Shown here in pieces: positions 58,196 through 64,000 of a stretch of DNA of 64,000 nucleotides. The notes beneath the pieces were generated by a model. That model was given only the letters and a program-made list of their open reading frames with translations, ran no database searches and had not been told where the DNA came from. This DNA is from the human T2T-CHM13v2.0 reference genome, Homo sapiens, in contig CP068257.2 of the NCBI GenBank assembly GCA_009914755.4, forward strand, positions 416,001 to 480,000, in the 5' to 3' direction. Positions within the stretch are counted from its first letter, which is position 1; each line of letters starts with the position of its first letter. A program made the position numbers and the translations under genes.

Positions 58196-60101
58196 CTAGG
58201 ATCTGACCACAGGGTCCTTTGTGACATATCCCTGCAATGATCACCCAGGTGATATACCACTTGCCAATGCTCTGCCTACAGGGGCATTGCAATGTATCTC
58301 AGCACTGATCACCTAGGTCTTGTAACTCTTTTCTAGGATCTGCCTACAGGGTGCTTTGTGACGTATCCCAGCAAGGATTACCCAGGTGATGTACCGCTCA
58401 TCAAGGCTCTGCCTACAGGCACATTGCGATGTATCTCTGCACTGATCACCTAGGTCATGTAACCTTTGTCTAGTCTCTGCCTACGATGGCATTGTGACAT
58501 ATTTCTGCACTAATCATCCAAGTGATGTAACTCTTGTCTAGGATCTGCTTACACTAACTTTGTGACATAATCCTGTACAGATCATCCAGGTGATGGGGTT
58601 TTTGTCTAGGCTCTGCCTAAGGGGGCATTGTGACATATTTCTGCATTGATCACCCAGGTGGCGAACTCTTCTCTTGGATCTGCCTATGGGGGCATTGTGA
58701 CAAATCTCTGCACTGATCACCCAGGTGTCGTAACTGTTGTGTAACCTCTGCCTACAGGGGAATTGTGAGAGATCTCGCCACTGATCACCCAAGTGATGTA
58801 ACCATTGTCTAGGCTTTGCGTACAGGGGGCTTTGTGACATACCTTTGCACTGATCACCCAGGTGATGTAACACATCTAAGTTCGGCCTAAAGGAGCTTTG
58901 TGACATATCTCTGCATTGATCACTTAGGTGATGTAACACTTTTATAATCACTGCCTACAGGGAATTTTGACAAATCTCTGCACTGATCACCTAGGTGATG
59001 TAACTCTTGTCTACCCTCTGTCCAACGGGGCATTGTGAAATGTCTCTGCACTGATCACCCAGGTGACTCAACTCTTGACTAGGAACTGCCTACAGAGGTT
59101 ATTGTGAAATATCTCTGCACTGATAAACTAGGTGGTGTAACCCTTGTCCAAGCTGTGCCTACAGGGGCGTTTCCACATATCCCTGAACTGATGACAAAGG
59201 TTATGTAACTCTTGCCTAGGCTTTGCCTACAGGGAACATTGGACATATATCTGCACTGATCACCTAGGTGATGCAACTCTTGCCTAGGCTTTGCCTACAG
59301 GGGACATTGTGACATATCTCTTCAATGATCACTCATCTGATGCATCTCTTGCCTAGGCTTTGCGTACAGGGGACATTGTGACATATCTCTGCACTGATCT
59401 CCCAGGTGCTGTAACTTTAGTCTAGGCTCTGGCTACACGGTATTGTGACATATCACTGTACTGATCAACCAGGTGATATAACTCTTGTATAGGCTCTGCC
59501 TACAGGGTGATTGTGACCTACCTCTGCACTGATCACCCAGGTGATATAACTCTTCTCTAGGATCTGCCTACAGGGTACTTTGTGACATATCCCTGCACTG
59601 ATCACCCAGGTGATCTAACTCTGGTCTAAGCTCTGCCTAAAGGGGCATTGTGACAGATCTCTGCACTGATCCCTCTGGTGATGTAAGTATTGTCTAGGCT
59701 CTGCTTCAAGGGGCCTTGTCACATATCTCTGCACTGATCACCCAGGTGATGTAACTCTTGTCTAGGCTCTGCTTCCAGGGCATATTGTGACATATCTATG
59801 CACTGATCACCTTAGTGATGTAACACTTTGGTAGGCTCGGCCTACAGGGGAATCTTGACATATCTTTGCACTGTTAACGGAGGTGATTTAACTCTTGTCT
59901 AGGCTGTGCCCACAGGGGGATTGAGACATATCTCTGCACTGATCCCGAGGTGATACAACTCTTGCCTGGTCTCTGCCTACTGTGGACATTGTGACATATC
60001 TCTGCACTGATCTCCCAGGTGCTGTAACTTTAGTCTATGCTCCGGCTACACGGCATTGTAACATATCACTACACTGATCACCCAGGCGATATAACTCTTC
60101 T
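58196..60101. repeat. Beta satellite higher-order repeat copy 4 (1906 bp, 28 monomers, type II: has K2, lacks M')
   Basis: The landmark sits at 58196 and 60102. K2 is present at ~59320. Monomer L' is followed directly by monomer A at 60102. Confidence 0.7.
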
Positions 60102-62007
60102 CTAGGATCTGACCACAGGGTGCTTTGTGACATATCCCTGCAATGATCACCCAGGTGATATACCACTTGCCAAGGCTCTGCCTACAGGGGCATTGCAATG
60201 TATCTCTGCACTGATCACCTAGGTCTTGTAGCTATTTTCTAGGATCTGCCTACAGGGTGCTTTGTGACGTGTCCCAGCAAGGATTACCCAGGTAATGTAC
60301 CTCTCATCAAGGCTCTGCCTACAGGCACATTGTGATGTATCTCTGCACTGATCACCTAGGTCATGTAACTTTTTTCTAGGCTCTACCTACGATGGCATTG
60401 TGACATATCTCTGCACTAATCATCCAAGTGATGTAACACTTGTCTAGGATGTGCCTAAATTATCTTTTTGACATAACCCTGTACTGATCATCCAGGTGAT
60501 GGAGCTTTTGTCTAGGCTCTGCCTAAGGGGGCATTGTGACATATTTCTGCATTGATCACCCAGGTGGCGAACTCTTCTCTCCGATCTGCCTATGGGGGCA
60601 TTGTGAGAAATCTCTGCACTGATCACCCAGGTGATGTAATTGTTGTGTTACCTCTGCCTACAGGTTAATTGTGAGAGATCTCGTCACTGATTACCCAAGT
60701 GATGTAACCATTGTCTAGGCTTTGCGTACAGGGGGCTTTGTGACATACCTTTGCACTGATCACCCTGGTGATGTAACACATCAAAGTTCGGCCTAAAGGA
60801 GCTTTGTGACATATCTCTGCACTGATCACTTAGGTGATGTAACACTTTTATAATCACTGCCTACAGGGAATTTTGACAAATCTCTGCACTGATCACCTAG
60901 GTGATGTAACTCTTGTCTAACCTCTGTCCAACGGGGCATTGTGAAATATCTCTGCACTGATCACCCAGGTGATTCAACTCTTGACTAGGAACTGCCTACA
61001 GAGGTTATTGTGAAATACCTCTGCACTGATAAACTAGGTCGGGTAACCCTTGTCCAAGCTCTGCCTTCAGGGGCGTTTCCACATATCCCTGAACTGATGA
61101 CAAAAGTGATGTAACCCTTGCCTAGGCTTTGCCTACAGGGAACATTGGACATATATCTGCACTGATCACCCAGGTGATGCAACTCTTGCCTAGGCTTTGC
61201 CTACAGGGAACATTGGACATATATCTGCACTGATCACCCAGGTGATGCAACTCTTGCCTAGGCTTTGCCTACAGGGGACATTGTGACATATCTCTTCAAT
61301 GATCACTCATGTGATGCATCTCTTGCCTAGGCTTTGCCTACAGGCGACATTGTGACATATCTCTGCACTGATCTCCCAGGTGCTGTAACTTTAGTCTAGG
61401 CTCTGGCTACAAGGCATTGTGACCTACCTCTGCACTGATCACCCAGGTGTTATAACTCTTCTCTAGGATCTGCCTACAGGGTACTTTGTGACATATCCCT
61501 GCACTGATCACCCAGGTGATCTAACTCTGGTCTAAGCTCTGCCTAAAGGGGCATTGTGACAGATCTCTGCACTGATCACTCTGGTGATGTAAGTATTGTC
61601 TAGGCTCTGCTTCAAGGGGCCTTGTCACATATCTCTGCACTGATCACCCAGGTGATGTAACTCTTGTCTAGGCTCTGCTTCCAGGGCATATTGTGACATA
61701 TCTATGCACTGATCACCTTAGTGATTGAACACTTTGGTAGGCTCGGCCTACAGGGGAATCTTGACATATCTCTGCACTGTTAACCGAGGTGATTTAACTC
61801 TTGTCTAGGCTTTGCCCACAGGGGGATTGAGACATATCTCTGCACTGATCCCGAGGTGATACAACTCTTGCCTGGTCACTGCCTACTGTGGACATTGTGA
61901 CATATCTCTGCACTGATCTCCCAGGTGCTGTAACTTTTGTCTAGGCTCTGGCTACACGGCATTGTGACATATCACTGCACTGATCACCCAGGCGATATAA
62001 CTCTTCT
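60102..62007. repeat. Beta satellite higher-order repeat copy 5 (1906 bp, type II variant: K duplicated, one post-L monomer lost)
   Basis: 'cagggaacattggacatatatctgcactgatcacccaggtgatgcaactcttgcctaggctttgcctac' occurs twice in tandem (61140-61275). After L, the monomer 'atcactgtactgatcaaccaggtgatataactcttgtatagg', which is present in copies 4 and 6, is absent. Confidence 0.6.
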
Positions 62008-63913
62008 CTAGGATCTGACCACAGGGTGCTTTGTGACATATCCCTGCAATGATCACCCAGGTGATATACCACTTGCCAAGGCTCTGCCTACAGGGGCATT
62101 GCAATGTATCTCTGCACTGATCACCTAGGTCTTGTAGCTATTTTCTAAGATCTGCCTACAGGGTGCTTTGTGACGTGTCCCAGCAAGGATTACCCAGGTG
62201 ATGTACCTCTCATCAAGGCTCTGCCTACAGGCACATTGTGATGTATCTCTGCACTGATCACCTAGGTCATGTAACTTTTTTCTAGGCTCTACCTACGATG
62301 GCATTGTGACATATCTCTGCACTAATCATCCAAGTGATGTAACTCTTGTCTAGGATGTGCCGAAATTAACTTTTTGACATAACCCTGTACTGATCATCCA
62401 GGTGATGGAGCTTTTGTCTAGGCTCTGCCTAAGGGGGCATTGTGACATATTTCTGCATTGATCACCCAGGTGGCGAACTCTTCTCTCGGATCTGCCTATG
62501 GGGGCATTTTGAGAAATCTCTGCACTGATCACCCAGGTGATGTAACTGTTGTGTAACCTCTGCCTACAGGGGAATTGTGAGAGATCTCGTCACTGATTAC
62601 CCAAGTGATGTAACCGTTGTCTAGGCTTTGCATACAGGGGGCTTTGTGACATACCTTTGCACTGATCACCCAGGTGATGTAACACATCTAAGTTCGGCCT
62701 AAAGGAGCTTTGTGACATATCTCTGCACTGATCGCTTAGGTGATGTAACACTTTTATAATCACTGCCTACAGGGAATTTTGACAAATCTCTGCACTGATC
62801 ACCTAGGTGATGTAACTCCTGTCTACCCTCTGTCCAACGGGGCATTGTGAAATACCTCTGCACTGATCACCCAGGTGATTCAACTCTTGACTAGGAACTG
62901 GCTACAGAGGTTATTGTGAAATATCTCTGCGCTGATAAACTAGGTGGTGTAAACCTTGTCAAAGCTCTGCCTACAGGGGCGTTTCGACATATCCCTGAAA
63001 TGATGACAAAGGTGATGTAACTCTTGCCTATGCTTTGCCTACAGGGAACATTGGACATATATCTGCACTGATCACCCAGGTGATGCAACTCTTGCCTAGG
63101 CTTTGAAAACAGGGGACATCGTAACATATCTCTTCAATGATCACTCATGTGATGCATCTCTTGCCTAGGCTTTACCTACAGGGGACATTGTGAAATATCT
63201 CTGCACTGATCTCCCAGGTGCTGTAACTTTAGTCTAGGCTCTGGCTACACGACATTGTGACATATCACTGCACTGATCAACCAGGTGATATAACTCTTGT
63301 ATAGGCTCTGCCTACAGGGGGATTGTGACCTACGACTGCACTGATCACCCAGGTGATATAACTCTTCTCTAGGATCTGCCTACAAGGTACTTTGTGACAT
63401 ATCCCTGCACTGATCACCCAGGTGATCTAACTCTGGTCTAAGCTCTGCCTAAAGGGGCATTGTGACAGATCTCTGCACTGATCACTCTGGTGATGTAAGT
63501 ATTTTCTAGGCTCGGCTTCAAGGGGCCTTGTCACATACCTCTGCACTGATCACCCAGGTGATGTAACTCTTGTCTAGGCTCTGCTTCCAGGGCATATTGT
63601 GACATATCTATGCACTGATCACCTTAGTGATGTAACACTTTGGTAGGCTCGGCCTACAGGGGAATCTTGACATATCTCTGCAGTTTTAACCGAGGTGATT
63701 GAACTCTTGTCTAGGCTGTGCCCACAGGGGGATTGAGACATATCTCTGCACTGATCCCGAGGTGATACAACTCTTGCCTGGTATCTGCCTACTGTGGACA
63801 TTGGGACATATCTCTGCACTGATCTCCCAGGTGCTGTAACTTTAGTCTAGGCTCTGGCTACACGGCATTGTGACATATCACTGCACTGATCACCCAGGCG
63901 ATATAACTCTTCT
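62008..63913. repeat. Beta satellite higher-order repeat copy 6 (1906 bp, type II, same monomer order as copy 4)
   Basis: The landmark sits at 62008 and 63914. J-K-K2-L-X order matches copy 4. Confidence 0.7.
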
Positions 63914-64000
63914 CTAGGATCTGACCACAGGGTGCTTTGTGACATATCCCTGCAATGATCACCCAGGTGATATACCACTTGCCAAGGCTCTGCCTACAGG
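63914..64000. repeat. Start of beta satellite higher-order repeat copy 7 (truncated by the window end)
   Basis: Landmark monomer A at 63914. The array clearly continues beyond the window. Confidence 0.7.

Larger units (their letters stand above)
52884..64000. repeat. Beta satellite array (68-bp Sau3A/GATC-containing monomers) in a ~1.9-kb (~28-monomer) higher-order repeat, continuing past the window end
   Basis: Monomers take the form 'ctctgcactgatcacccaggtgatgtaactcttgtctaggctctgcctacaggggcattgtgacatat', each carrying tgatca. Distinctive monomer variants such as 'cccagcaaggattaccc', 'ctaatca', 'aaattaac', 'gagagatctcgccactgat', 'aacacatctaagttcggcc' and 'gatcccgagg' recur at ~1.9-kb spacing. 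The identical 65-aa ORFs at 53775-53972 and 55679-55876 show copy-to-copy identity far above monomer-to-monomer identity. Confidence 0.93.

Noticed and set aside
53234-63819. A recurring family of 60-137-aa minus-strand ORFs (for example MFIKVLHHLSDLCKDMSQ... and MHHLGDQCRYMSNVPCRQSLGK...) at ~1.9-kb spacing, which looks superficially like a tandemly duplicated small-protein gene family.
   Set aside because: Their periodicity simply reflects the beta satellite higher-order repeat. The 68-bp monomer has few stops in one minus frame. The peptides are low-complexity and differ between copies by frameshifts that track monomer indels. There is no eukaryotic gene structure.
30246-64000. The possibility that the tandem repeats form a CRISPR array or another prokaryotic repeat-spacer system, as the task framing suggests.
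   Set aside because: There are no unique spacers; adjacent units are homologous to each other. The units are 5 bp and 68 bp, arranged in higher-order repeats typical of primate satellites. The flanks are Alu and L1, which places this firmly in a primate genome.

Overview
This window is hominoid (almost certainly human) nuclear DNA, not a prokaryotic locus. It runs from AT-rich, gene-poor sequence full of retrotransposons into pericentromeric or short-arm-type satellite heterochromatin.

Positions 1-30245 are interspersed-repeat-rich unique sequence. They contain one full-length but inactivated L1 (7218-13357, minus strand), four further L1 fragments, four Alu elements, a (TG)n microsatellite and a 150-bp low-copy duplication.

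At 30246 the sequence switches, inside an L1 ORF2 fragment, into a 22.6-kb HSat3 (ATTCC)n array (30246-52883). This array has two visibly different sub-arrays. The proximal 10 kb carries recurrent ~55-bp Alu-derived inserts arranged in a nested higher-order repeat. The distal 12.7 kb is plain diverged pentamer.

At about 52884 HSat3 is fused mid-monomer to a beta-satellite array of 68-bp Sau3A-type monomers, which continues to the window end. That array is organised as a ~1.9-kb higher-order repeat of about 28 monomers. At least six copies are present and they differ by whole-monomer insertions and deletions: lengths are 1905, 1972, 1427, 1906, 1906 and 1906 bp.

I found no cellular protein-coding gene, RNA gene, CRISPR array or operon-like system. 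The very long ORFs in the supplied track over 30-53 kb, and the 60-137 aa ORFs over 53-64 kb, are artifacts of satellites that lack stop codons. There is no novel biological system here that I can support. The points of interest are the junctions, the higher-order structure of both satellites, and several cleanly resolvable retrotransposition events.

All coordinates are hand-derived and approximate (about +/-5 bp at element ends). Family assignments come from recognising consensus sequences and have not been checked by search.
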